From the human T2T-CHM13v2.0 reference genome, Homo sapiens, in NCBI RefSeq assembly GCF_009914755.1, contig NC_060947.1: DNA of 64,000 nt. One strand, written 5' to 3'. A model generated the notes under the pieces. It was not told where the DNA came from, ran no database searches, and saw only the letters and a list, made by a program, of their open reading frames with translations. This document shows positions 12,046 through 24,729 of the stretch, piece by piece (position 1 is the stretch's first letter; every line of letters starts with the position of its first letter). The position numbers were made by a program, and so were the translations under genes.

Positions 12046-12839
12046 AAAAGTCCTAGAAAAAACTCTTCCATGTTTTAACATCCAATCCTGTCTCACCAAC
12101 CGTGGCTCAGAAACCACTATTGCTTTCTGGATTAGAAAAACTCATCCAGTTCTTGTGGATTACACACTAGGAACCAGTTTTCTGCAAAAAGCAAACTACT
12201 CCAGAGAACAGTCCTCTTGGTATCGTTCCAGTTCATGAACAGCCATTGAAAATGATGACGAAGGTGGTCATTTCAACGCCAGCTTGCTGTGGTTTCGAAA
12301 CAGCAGAGCACGAATGAAGCCCAACTAAGCCCTCGGTGTGTTAATCCAATGATGATGTCTTCACCCCACATCACCTTCTTTATCCCAACAATATTCCCGA
12401 GGCAATACAAGAAAAAAGGTGTATCCGTTTCCTGGCCATTCGTGGGTATATTTTAGCCTCAAAAGGGGCATGTGGACATGAAAATAGGCTCTTTCAGAGT
12501 AGGGGAATTTATCTTCACTAAAAATTTGGATCTTTTGTTAATCACAATTTTTTTCATTCACTTTGATTTTTTATGATATGGAATTAAAGTATTTCATATT
12601 TTGACCACTGAAGTTTTGGTGCCCACTGAAATTTTGTGCTCAAAGCAGTTGGCTCAATTTCCCCACCCTAGCCCTGTCCTGGGCACCACTGCTGGCTAAA
12701 AATTCTATTTATACATACATATATATTATGTTTTTAGACATATAGCGTTTGTACATATAAAAAATTATGTATATGTGTATGCATGTATGTACATATATAG
12801 ATGGTCCCTCATTTAAGATGGGTTCAACTTACAGTTCAT

Positions 12840-13284
12840 TTTTTATTATTTTTTTTAAGACAGGATCTTCCTTTGTGGCCCAGGCTAGAGTGCAGTGGTG
12901 CAATGATGGCTCACTGCAGACTCAACTTGCTGAGCTCAGGGATCCTCCTGCCTCAACCTCTCAAGTAGCTGGGGCTGCAGGTGTGAGCCACCATGCCTGG
13001 CTAAATTTTTATTTTTTGTAGAGACAGGATCTCACTATATGGCCCAGACCAGTCTCAAACTCCTGGTCTCAAGCAATCCTCCTGACTCTGCCTCTCAAAA
13101 CAATAGGATTACAAGTGTGAGTTACCACACCTGGCCCAGATATTCTTAACATTTTTGTTTTTTAAATAGAGATGAGGTCTTCCTATGTTATCCAGACTGG
13201 TCTTGAACTCCTGGCCTCAAGCAATCTTCCTGCCTTGGCATCTCAAAGCACTGGGATTACAGGCATGAGCCACCACACCCAGCC
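12840..13284 (-). mobile_element. AluJ (12840-13136) plus free left monomer (13152-13284)
   Basis: Reverse-complement Alu sequences in tandem. Confidence 0.9.
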
Positions 13285-13323
13285 AATTTAGGACTTTTTT
13301 GTTTTTATGATAGGTTTATCAGG

Positions 13324-13363
13324 ATGTAACCCTATTGTTAAACATGTAACCCTATTGTTAAAC
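13324..13363. repeat. Perfect 20-bp tandem duplication
   Basis: ATGTAACCCTATTGTTAAAC x2. Confidence 0.97.
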
Positions 13364-13467
13364 AAACAGTATCTGGACTTAACGAAGGTTCAAATTACAA
13401 TATTTCAACTTTATAATGGTTTTATCAATGCGTTACCCCATTGTAAATCTAGGAGCTTCTGTATACA

Positions 13468-13471
<4 letters not shown>

Positions 13472-13515
<44 letters not shown>

Positions 13516-13720
13516 GATTAAAAATTACATATATATACATGTTATATTTTATGCATATACATATGTCTATCTTATATAGTTGCTTAAAATGTTATACATA
13601 AATAAAAGATATATATATATAAATTAAATATCATGTATAGAGTTGGTTAAAATTTTATATGTGCATGTAAACTACATTTTATATATATATATATACACTA
13701 TATATATAATATTTTAATAT
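13472..13720. repeat. (TA)n microsatellite and AT-rich low-complexity tract
   Basis: Direct inspection. Confidence 0.9.
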
Positions 13721-13953
13721 TATCGTCAGCTGTGGTGCCTAGGGCAGGGCTAGAATGTCTAATGACACAATCTCATCAGGCACAAATTTCAGGAGGTACC
13801 AAAAAACTGAAACTAAACTCCATAGTCACGATACTGATAAATATTCAAGACGTATATAATGTTTTAATTATACACACACATACAGACAGTGCTAAGAGAC
13901 CATTAGCTTTTTTCTCATAATTTAGACAAAACCACTTTTGCAGTGGGCCCTGC

Positions 13954-14582
13954 TGTGAAAGTAAAGGGTTAATGTTGCTCAAAGAGGGGTGGGGCATTTG
14001 CCCCCAGCTCCTGAGAGGTGCACACTAGCCTTGGAATGTCCTGCCTAGTAGGAATGTGTTTATGTACTGGGGGACCTGGGGTAACTGGACAATCTAGCAA
14101 TGTGATTTAGGGTAGAGGGGGCTATTCATAGCAGAGATTTTTAGAGTATGAGATGGACATACTAGGTGTTAACAATATGGTTAAGGGTGGGAGCTTTGGG
14201 TCTTGAAGTATCAGCTCAGACCTCTGGAGAGGCTACAGATTGAGGTCAACTCTGTGGGCCATTGACTGTGGAGCCCCAGCTGAAGACTCTGAACACTGGG
14301 GTTTGGGCTAGCTACCCTGGTTGGCAATGCTTCAGGCATTCTGCACAAGCTAAGACTGTGAGGCTCCGTGCTGTCCACAACTCCACAAGGAAAGGACAGA
14401 AGGAGCTCTGTGTCTGCAACTTTTCCTGGATTCTATCTGTCCCACATCCCTCTTCTCTTGGCTGCTATGTCAATCTGTATCCTTGCCACGTAATAAACCA
14501 TAACCATGAGTGTAATGGTGAGGTCTGTCATCCTATCCAAAGAGCCAAACTGAGGGTTGTCTTGGGGACCCCAAAATTTGCA
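13954..14582 (+). mobile_element. MER77/MER21-group LTR
   Basis: GCCTTGGAATGTCCTGCCT, CAATGTGATTTA, CCCTGGTTGGCAAT, AATAAACCATAACCATGAGT, GTCTTGGGGACCCC motifs in the expected order. Confidence 0.7.
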
Positions 14583-14761
14583 GTTGATGTCAGAACAGTG
14601 GGTGGTCATATGGGGATTGTCCCCTCTAACAATGAACTTGACCAACCCTTACACCTACCCTGTCTTAGTTGGAATGCATGAAATGGAGACTTTAGACATT
14701 CCTTTCAATCTTGGATGTTATGATTTTATCAAAACAAAGTCTATTATTTTTCTTTGCAGGT

Positions 14762-14764
<3 letters not shown>

Positions 14765-14801
<37 letters not shown>

Positions 14802-14835
14802 AACAGAGAGAAAGAAAAAGAAAAAAAAGAAAAAG
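14765..14835. repeat. (GA)n and A-rich microsatellite
   Basis: Direct inspection. Confidence 0.95.
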
Positions 14836-16062
14836 CAAGTAAGAAAACATGAGATTGGGCAAGACAGAGCCCATCTCATTTCTCTGTGATTTGGAGGTAT
14901 CGAATAAGATTCTAATAAGAACTGTGTGGTATGATTGGAATTCAAACTATCAACCTTGAAGTTGATGACAGTGCATAACGGGCTTTTGGTTTGCACATCT
15001 TTCTGGTAATTTATCCTCTTTAGTTCCTTGTCTCCACACATCTGCTTGTGCTTAGATCCAAAGGAAGAGACATTAGGAGGCTATAATTTATTTTTCAGGG
15101 AGGAATTAGGAAGTGAACCAATGTCCCATTACATTTGCATCAGTTTTTGATTAAAACACACACACGCCACACACATTTCTCACACTGTGAGCACCCCACA
15201 CTCTTGTGTGGGTATTTTTGTTGTTAATTAAATTTGTTTCTAAATAGACTTCCATCCTAACCTGGCTTTCATGCTTAGAAAGACAAGTGATAAACTGCAA
15301 TAACCCTTTCACATACTTTGATACAAATGGTTTTAAACAGTTGGGAAGATTAAGAACAAAGAAAGCTTTTAAAAAAAATTTCTGAACCTCCAAAGGTTTT
15401 GACCATTTCCTCATTATTATTTTGTCTGCTTTGCACATGATGAAATCAGAAATGGGTTATAAGGTAGAACTGTAGTTCTGACTTTCCAAGAAAAATAGTG
15501 GACAAAACCTGAAGACAATTTTCAGATGCAGGATTTTTGTGGGTGATGCAGTGTGCGAGGGTTATGGCACCATTAATCCTTGTACTGTGGGCTGGTGGGG
15601 GCCAGCATGGTCTGGCGATTGCCAGGTGGATTGAAACCACAGTCTCAGATTTCAGGGAATGGCTTCTTTCAGTAACGCCTACACCCACATGCCATGTGGC
15701 TGGAAGAGCTGCGGAGGGGCAGAATAAACCATTTTTTAATTTGCTGCCTTGAGAAAGATGCACACATCCACTTCAATACCATCGTTTTTATAAACCCAGG
15801 CAAATATTTCAGAAGTGTGTGGAGCGTAGGCGACAAGTTGCATTCATGGCTGAGTTACTGATGTTTTAATAGAGCCAATGTTGACTTGGCATAATTTTTA
15901 TGCTTCATAAACACAATTTATTTTACCGACAAAATGGAGTCCTGCAACAATTTTGCTCTGGAGGAATCTGCTGGGTGAAGCAATACAAATTCTGAGCCTC
16001 TTGCATTGAATAAATCTTGGAGATTTGAAAATTCTTATGATTTGACCATTTTTATTCATTCA

Positions 16063-16488
<426 letters not shown>

Positions 16489-17186
16489 CTACTCTCATGA
16501 AAGTATATTATGCTTGACAAGGTGCCATTGAAGACCTTTGCAGCTGTATCATTAAATGATACATTTATTACAATTCCTGAAGTCTCTGCAACCTCAGATA
16601 CAATAACCTAGCACATTGGTTGCTCAAAAGTAAATTGACGTCCAAATGCTGAGTTAGCACTTTGAGAAGATTACTTATTCGTTAATCTTAGAGGGGAGGA
16701 CTTAGTTATTGGCATTCATAAGCGTCCTTTCAAGTAATCAATGCAGCATTTTGACATGAAAAACGGATTATGGAATTTTCCATGAGAAAGTGTGAAGAAG
16801 GATTTGATTTTCTTAAGTGCATCTAAAGAAGCTAACATTGGTTTGGAATCGATCCTCTTAACCACAAATATGATTGCTTTATTACAACTTAGGGAAATTA
16901 AAAGAAAAATAAAATACGTCTCCCAAAACAATAGCATGGCTTGAGAGAAAATCTGAGCGCAACAAATTTCATTAGTCTTCTCAGGTTTTGAATGACTTCT
17001 TAAATATTTGAATCTTCATTAGTTTATTACTGTGGTTGGGAAACAATGCCTTTATAATGTTAATTGAGCACACTGTTTCTGGAATTCTGTAAGCTAAGAA
17101 GCCAAGTTGGTGGAGGATGACATCTTGCAAATGACTCAAGGAGACTGGACACAAAAACATTCATGCATTAGAAATCAGGGGTTCAA

Positions 17187-17627
17187 CATGCATGCATATG
17201 TTCATTGCAGCACTGTTCTTAATAGCAAAGACATGGAATCAACCTAAATGCCCATCAATGGTAGACTGGATAAAGAAAATGTGGTACATACGTACCATGA
17301 GATGCATATACAGCCATAAAAGAGAATGAGATGCTTTGCTGGGAGATGGAAGGAGCTGGAGGCCATTATCCTTAGCAAACTAGCACAGGACCAGAAAACC
17401 AAATGCTGCATGCTCTCACTTGTAAGTGGGAGCTAAAGGATGAGAACACATGGACACATAGAGGGGAACAACACACACTGGGGTCTTTTGGAGGGAGGAG
17501 GGAGAGGATCAGGAAAAACAACTAATGGGTACTAGGCTTAATATCTGGGTGACAAAATAATCTGTACAACAAATCCCCATGATATTAGTTTATCTATGTA
17601 ACAAACCTGCACTTTTACCCCTGAACC
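17187..17627 (+). mobile_element. Older L1PA 3' end lacking its polyA tail
   Basis: ATGTTCATTGCAGCACT..GGATAAAGAAAATGTGG..AACAAACCTGCAC..CCCCTGAAC. Confidence 0.92.
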
Positions 17628-17630
17628 CTT

Positions 17631-18810
17631 AAGTAGGCCTTGGCATCTGTTGTTCCCTTCTTTGTGCCCATATATTCTCAACGTTTAGCTCCGCTTCTAA
17701 GAGAGAACGTGTGGTATTTGGTTTTCTGCGCCTGTGTTAATTTACTAAGGACAATGGCCTCTAGCTCCATCCAGGTTGCTGCAAAGGACATGATTTTGTT
17801 CTTTTTTGTGGCTGCATAGTATTCCATGGTGTATATGTACCACATTTTCCTTATCCAGTCTACCATTGATGGGCATTTAGATTGACTCCATGTCTTTGCT
17901 ATTGTGAATAGTGCTGCAATGAACATACACGTGTACTTGTCTTTATGGTAGAACAATTTATATTCCTTTGGGTATATACCCAATAATGGGATTGCTGGGT
18001 GCAATGGTAGTTCTGTTTTAAGTTCTTTGAGAAATCACCAGACTGCTATCCACCAGTGGCTGAACCAATTTATATTCCCAGCAACAGTGTATAAGTGTCC
18101 TCTTTTCCCTACCACCTCACCAGCATCTGCTGGTTTATTTTATTTTATTTTTATTTTTTTAACTTTGTAGTAATGACCATTCTGACTGGTATGAGATGGT
18201 ATCTCATTGTGGTTTCAATTTGCATTTTCTCTGATAATTAGTGATGTTGAGCTTTTAAAAATAGATTTGTTGGCTGTTTGTATGTCTTCTTTTGAGAAAT
18301 GTCCTGTTCATGTCTTTTCCCTACTTTTTAATGGATGATATGGTGGGGCTCTGTGTCCCCACCCAAATCTCATCTTGAATTGTATTTCAAATTGGGTTGA
18401 GGGAGGGACCTGGTAGGAGGTGACTGAATCATGGGAATGGCTTCCCCCATGCTGTTCTTGAGATAGTGAGTGAATTCTCATGAGATCTGATGGTTTTATA
18501 AATAGCAGTTTTCCCTGCTCTTGCTCTCTCTCCTGCTGCCTTGTGAGGAAGGTGCCTGCTTCCCCTTTCCCTTCCACCATAATTGTAAGTTTCCTGAGGC
18601 TTCCCCAGCCTTGCGGCACTGTGAGTCAATTTAATCTCTTTTCCTTATAAATTACCCAGTCTAGGATAGTATCCTTATAGCAGTGTGAAAACAGAGTAAT
18701 ACAATGGAGTTATTTGTTTTTTGCCTGTTAATTTAAGTTCCTTTTGGATTCTGGATGTTAGACTTTTGTCAGATGCATAGTTTGCTAATATTTCCTTCCT
18801 TTCTGTAACA
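17631..18810 (-). mobile_element. Older L1PA ORF2-end/3'UTR fragment, split by a THE1 LTR
   Basis: ORF 17678..18004 translates to the L1 ORF2p C-terminus (PAIPLLGIYPKE..MFIAALFTIAKTW). Confidence 0.92.
18336..18703 (+). mobile_element. THE1D-like solo LTR
   Basis: TGATATGG..TAATACA; TSD ATGGA at 18331-18335 and 18704-18708. Confidence 0.93.
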
Positions 18811-19452
18811 GCCTGTTCTGTTCTACAGATGAGTCCACAATTCTACATCTGTTGGGGAATAATGAAGAGAAACAAGGGGCACATTATTTTTCACCCTGTA
18901 TGGAAACTATGGTGTACTTCTTGCTCTTTCACCTTCAGGCAAAATCTGATAAAATGTATCAGAGGACATTTAGTTGCCTAGAAAATTATCTTGCTCCTCC
19001 AGCTGTCTGAGATATATAATGAGATACCAACTCACACCAGTCAGAATGGCTATTACTACAAAGTTAAAAAAACAACAGTAGCTCATAATTAACTTTTATG
19101 CAAAACATAATATGAACTCCATTGAGATTGAGGTGAAATTTTTAAAATTGTCATTTTTATGAAACCTCAGTTCTTGCACAGTTTGTATTTCTTTTGAGTA
19201 CTTTTTTTCTTCTGTGGTTTGGAAATGTCTTATTTGTTTGAAAGATTATATTTGTTCTCTAAGATGTAGAATGATTCCACAAAAGAGGTGGTGCAGTTAA
19301 GGTACTGGTCAGGAATTTACACTCAGTGGTCATGAGTCTTCACTTTGGAATATGTTTAAGTGTTTTAAAAATCTATTATTTGATGTTAGCATGTATTATC
19401 TCATCTAAAGACAATATGCTGAAATTATTATTGGGCAAAGGACTTTACAACT

Positions 19453-19800
19453 GGAAGAAAAGGGGAAGGAAGGGAGGGGGAAGGAGAAAGAAAAGAGAGT
19501 TAAAGGAAGGAAGGAGGGAGGGCAGAAAGGAGGGATGGAGGAAGGAAAAAGAAAGAAGGGAAGGAAGGGAGGGAGGAAGGAAAGAGGAAGAAAGGGAGGG
19601 AGAGTGAGGAAGAAAAGAAAGGAAGGAGGAAGAAAAAAGAAAGAAAGAAAAGAAAGAAGGAAAGAAAGAAAAAGAAAGAAAGAAAGAAAGGAAGGAAGGA
19701 GGGAGGGAGAGAGAGAAGGGAAAGGAAGAAGGGAGGGAAAGAACGAGGGAAGGAAGGAAGAAAGCAAGAAAGGAAGGAAGAAGGGAGGGAGGGAGGAAGG
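19453..19800. repeat. Polypurine (GGAA/GAAA/GGGA)n tract, about 350 bp
   Basis: Almost purine-only on the + strand. Confidence 0.97.
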
Positions 19801-20152
19801 TGATGATGTTAAAGAGAATAAGAAAGAAACCCTATTACCACAAGAACCATTAACAAATCTAATTTTTTTTTTTTATCATAGGAGGTGCTGGCCATTCCAG
19901 GTACCATGAGGCCAATGAAATCAATGTTCTGTCCTTTCCTTCATGGTACTGACTGAAGATCTTTATCTGATGTGTTGGATCACAGGCACAGGCAGGGACA
20001 AGAGACAACTTCTACACATGTCCCAGCCTCTGCTTCACTGGGAACAAGAAGTTGCTCTGAAGGTAGGTAGGAGAATAGATTAGAGAAGGATGGGCAGCCA
20101 TAAGAGAAACAGGCATTGATGTGGTTGAAATGTTTTTAAAAATATGCTTATG

Positions 20153-20648
20153 CTGTACACACATGTTCACAGAAGCATCCTTCACAACAGTCAAAAAATA
20201 GAAACAACCAATGTGCATAGACGAATGAATATGTGAACAAAATGTGATCCATCCATACAATGGAATGTTATTCAGCCTTAAAAAAGAAGAGAATCCTAAC
20301 ATATTCTACAGCATGGATGAACCTTGAGGATGTTTTCCTGAGTGAAGTAAGCCAACCACAAAAAGGACAAATACCATATGATTCCTCATATATGAGAGCC
20401 TTAGAGTAGTCAAATTGTTAGGGGTAGAAAGTAGAATGTTGATTGCCAGAGGCCAGGGGGAGAGGAATTGGGGCATTAGTGTTTAATGGGGACAGAGTTT
20501 CAGTTTTGCAACATGAACTGTTCTGCAGATGGATATTGGTGATGGTTGCACAGCAATGTGCCTATACCTAATACCACTGAACTGTGCACTTAAAAATGGC
20601 TAAAAGAGTAAATTTCATGTTACACATATTTTACACAATTTAAAAAAA
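20153..20648 (+). mobile_element. L1MB-type 3' end with TSD
   Basis: GGATGAACCTTGAGG..GTTTAATGGGGACAGAGTTTCAGTTTTG..CACTTAAAAATGG; ATGCTTATG repeated at 20144-20152 and 20648-20656. Confidence 0.9.
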
Positions 20649-21676
20649 TGCTTATGATGTGGAGTCAATAGTCATTTTTGAGATAATTTTCAAGATCAAA
20701 ATGAAAAAGAAGAAATCCAGTCATCAGGATTGAGTTCCGAACTGATCAACTGGGTAATGAGATGAAGAACTTATTTATTTTTACCTCAACAGCTGGGCCA
20801 CTTGGCTTCTTCCTGACATTTGCAGAGAGCATCTCACTGTTTCATTTGCTCCTGGTAAAAACCCCTAGAACTCTTTCTAGACAAAGCAGGAACCACCCTG
20901 GGGTGGTGAGGTGGGGACTTCTATCATGGGAGTTAGGACAACAAGGAGACAGAAGTCCAGGATGAATTCAGATCTCCCCCGTGGACTTAGAGGGCAAAGG
21001 AAAGTTGGCTTCGATCTGTGGAGTAATGCGCTCTAAACCCTGTGACTCCAGAAGAACACCCTCTTATTTTGGCTGTTGTGGTGGTTCTGAGCTGAACAGC
21101 CTGCCTCAGCCCTTACCTAGAGGGACACGTAGAGTTAGATAGGCTCTGGTTTGCAGAGTCTTTCGCTGGGCTGTCTCCCCATCAGCAAGAGAAAGAGCTC
21201 TCCAAAACTGCCAGGGAAGCCTGAGCCTCCTAGGTGTTCTAATCTGCCTAGAAAAATAATTCCACAATGTAAGTAAACCGCCAGATAGTTGAGGGAAATT
21301 AACAGTATGAACCAGTTCTAAAATGAACAAACAGAAGGTCTGACTCTCATGAGAGGTGCAAGGTTGGAGATAACCAGTTCCATGCATAATTGTGTCTTTC
21401 CACAATGTCAGTCTTTTATTGACGCTATTGCAATTACAAAGGCCACAAGCTGCATGGAGTTCCCAAGGAGGCAATTCTCCTTAGTGCTTCCTGTTCACTT
21501 GGTAGTCAGAGCTGCGGGCACACAGGTTCAAGCCACTCCACATGTCAGTTGATATTGCAAACCATACATAATGATTATATATTCAATAAATAAATGTTAC
21601 GGATTAAACATTCCATGGCAAACAAAGTAACATGGAACATCAAGAGGAAAAAGAGATAGGAGAAATGGCTAACAAA

Positions 21677-21988
21677 GCTGGGCTCGGTGCCTCACACCTG
21701 TAATCCCAGCACTTTTGAGAGACTGAGGTGAGAGGATCCCTTGAGTTCAGGAGTTTGAGACCAGCCTGGCCAACATGGCAAAACACTGTCTCTACAAAAA
21801 AAAAAAAAAAAAAAAAATTAACCAGGCATGGTGGTGTGGTGTGCGCCTGTAGTCCCAACTACTCAGGAGGCTGAGGCAAGAGGATGTCTTGAGTCCGGGA
21901 GGAGGAGGTTGCAGTAAGCAAAGATGGTGCCACTGCTCTTCAGCCTAGACAACACAGTGAGACCCCTGTGAAAAAAAAAGAAAGAAAA
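21677..21988 (+). mobile_element. AluJ, full length
   Basis: TSD AGAAATGGCTAA(C/G)AAA on both sides. Confidence 0.93.
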
Positions 21989-22390
21989 GAAATGGCTAAG
22001 AAACCAGTCTAAATAGAGTGATGTGGACAAGAAGAATGTCATGGTCTGGGCCTGGCTGTGCATCAGTCTCGCAAGGCAAAGGCTTTGATGTGGCACAGCC
22101 TTTGGTGGCTGATGCCAAGTTCTTTTCAGGAGTGACAGCAAGACAGTTGTCAGTTAAGACAACTGTTTTGAGTTGCTGAAGTCCTGCTCTTTTTATGACC
22201 ACAGAATCCTCTGTTGAGGGTTGATGGTAGAAGAATGTGCTTGGTTATGTCCTTATCTGGTTGGATGCAGTCTTTATTTTTTTGTTTGTTTGTTTATTAA
22301 GCAAAACCTCTTATCCTTCTTTGCACAGGGCCCTGTGAAACATCAAATGGAGTCTTTTTCTAAGATGCAGTTAGTTATGCCAAGGGTGTT

Positions 22391-22754
22391 TGATATGGTT
22401 TGGCTGTGTCCCCATCCAAATCTCATCTTGAATTGTAGCTCCCACAATTCCCTCGAGTCATGGGAGGGAGCTGGTGGAAGGTAATGGGATCATGAAGGCA
22501 GGTTTTTCTTGTGCTAGTCTCATGGTACTGAATAAGTCTCATGAGATCTGATGGTTTTCTAAACGGCAGTTCCCCTGCACACGCCCTCTTGCCTGCTGCC
22601 ATGTAAGACATGCCTTTGCTCCTCCTTCACCTTCTGCTGTGATTCTGAGGCCTTCCTGGCCATGTGGGAGTGTGAGTCCACTAAACCTCTTTTTCTTTAT
22701 AAATTACTCAGTCTCGGGCATTTCTTCATAGCAATATGAAAATGGACTAATACA
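22391..22754 (+). mobile_element. THE1C-like solo LTR
   Basis: TGATATGGTTTGGCT..GGACTAATACA; TSD GTGTT/GTGCT. Confidence 0.93.
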
Positions 22755-23272
22755 GTGCTGTATACAAGAACCCTCCTGGAAGAAATGTAGGTCATGCAGA
22801 AGAAACAAAAAGAATTCAGAGAACTGAATTAGTACCCTGAAGCCTCTGCACTCCAGCCTGGGAGACAGAGTGAGACCCTGACTTGAAAAAAAAAAAAATG
22901 CCCCAAATGTCAGTAGTATTGAGGTTGAGAAACCCTGGATGAGATTCATAAAAGCCAATGTCTCCTTAGTAAGCATTTCAAAACATAGAGGAAAAAGACA
23001 GTGATTAAAAGAATATAATCCAAGAAATTATGTGTGTATATATGTATGTAAATATAAATGTATATTTTCTACATAAGTATAAATATATAACATTAAACTT
23101 AATTATTTATAAATATGTATAATTTCTTTGACCACATATACATATATGTATATGTCTATTTTATAACAAAATCTATTAATTTTATGAATATAAATAAAAC
23201 ATTTAAACATGATTAGATATGCAACTTTATAAATATTAACATTTAAATACATCTATTTCTACAATTAATTTA

Positions 23273-24152
23273 CAGTAGACCCCTGAGCAACACAGGTATA
23301 TGAGGATTTTCCTCCGCCTCGGCCACCCCTGAGACAGCAAGATCAATCCTTCCTCTTCCTCCTCTTCCTCCACCTCCTCAATGTGAAGATGATGAGAATG
23401 AAGACCTTGATGATGATCCACTTCCACTTAATGAATAGTGAATCCATTTCCTCCTCCTTATGATTTTCCTAAAAGCATTTTCTTTTCTCTAGCTTGCTTT
23501 ATTAGAAGAATACCATATATAATACATATAAACATACACGATATGTATTAATTTACTGTTTATAATATTGGTGAGGTTTCTGGCCAAGATTTCTTCCCAG
23601 TTCTGACATTAAAAAATGCTTCCTGAACACATGTTGTTCAAGGATCCACTGTATATTAATTATATAATGTATATATTTATAAAGTATAAATTAATATAAC
23701 TATATTATGAATTAAAAATTTATAATATAATAAAGTAATAATTTATAGAAAATAATAATAAATTCATAACAAATCAATATTATGATATTGTATATCAATA
23801 TGTAATATAGTATATTAATATTATATTAATATATTATAGTATAATATTTAAATATTATAAATTATAACATAACTGTATATTAATTATAAAATGTTTTATA
23901 TGTATGTACATGTTAATATTTATGTAGTTATATAGCTAATGTTTACATGTTTTATTTATATTTATAAAATTAAAATATTTCATTATAAAATAGACATATA
24001 CATGTATGTATATGTGGTCAAAGAGATTATATATGTATATATGAATAGGTTGTTTGTATTTAAGTTTTGAGGGAGTCCAGAGTTACAGGTGGATCTTCAA
24101 CTGTGCAGGGGTCAGTGCTTCTAACCCCCCCACATTGTTCAAGAGTAAACTA
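23273..24152. mobile_element. Tigger2a (MER28)-like element split by an inverted insertion
   Basis: CAGTAGACCCCTGAGCAACAC start; CCTGAGACAGCAAGA..GATCCACTTCCACTTAATGAATAG body; TTGTTCAAGAGTAAACT end. Confidence 0.82.
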
Positions 24153-24294
24153 TAATAATTAATATATTGATTATACATCATATATTTAGTATATATTAAT
24201 AGATACATAACTTACGGAAAACATCCACTTACATCTTTGAATTGAAAAGTGTTACTAAATGATACTAAGAAAAAAACATGCTAAGAGGCTGACT

Positions 24295-24729
24295 ACCATA
24301 GATTGCAGAAAAGTCCACCATTCTTATGACACAATGCATCAAGAGGTAGAGTCGCTTCCCTCTCCACTGAGTGTGGGCTTGCCCTGGGATGTGCTTTGAC
24401 CTTGAAATCCGGGGAAAGCAAGGTCATGCTGATTCCAAGCCTTGCTGCAACAGGTTTGCAGCTTCCTTTCTCGCTGAATTTGGAATCCAGCCACCATGTG
24501 AAGAAGTGCAACCCCACCTGCTGTGTGACGAGACAAGGGACACATTTCCCCTATTCTCCCATAAGCGGGGCCACCTAGCTGACCAGCCTGCTGACCACAG
24601 AAAAGTGAGTGCCCCACTGAGCCCTGCCCAAATTACCCACCCAGAGAACTGAGAGCTAAGCAAATCAGTGTTGTTTGAAGCCACTCAAATTCAGGGTGGT
24701 TTGTTACTCAACATGAACTAACTGTTGCA
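24295..24729 (+). mobile_element. MLT1G/H-like LTR
   Basis: CATCAAGAGGTAGAGTC, CCAGCCACCATGTGAAGAAG, AAGCCACT..GGTGGTTTGTTAC motifs. Confidence 0.75.

Larger units (their letters stand above)
12798..13461. mobile_element. Tigger3/Golem-family MITE remnants interrupted by Alus
   Basis: AGATGGTCCC..GGTTCAACTTAC at the left end; GGTTTATCAGGATGTAACCC and CCCCATTGTAAATCTAGGAGCTTCTG at the right end. Confidence 0.6.
21350..22764. mobile_element. Probable old ERV LTR (family unassigned) hosting an Alu and a THE1 LTR
   Basis: TG..CA ends; sequence is continuous across both nested insertions; LTR-like motifs only loosely recognised. Confidence 0.35.

Noticed and set aside
14262-14681. 139-aa ORF
   Set aside because: Lies mostly within the MER77-like LTR and does not start with ATG.
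14740-14845. Acceptor TTTCTTTGCAG and donor-like GTAAGA flanking the (GA)n tract
   Set aside because: The putative exon would be nearly all microsatellite; no other support.
17678-18004. 108-aa ORF with real protein similarity
   Set aside because: C-terminal fragment of L1 ORF2p in a dead, truncated L1; the same applies to 59432-59947 and 36843-37025.
19326-19909. R/K/E/G-rich and F/L/S-rich ORFs
   Set aside because: Same artefact from the first polypurine tract.
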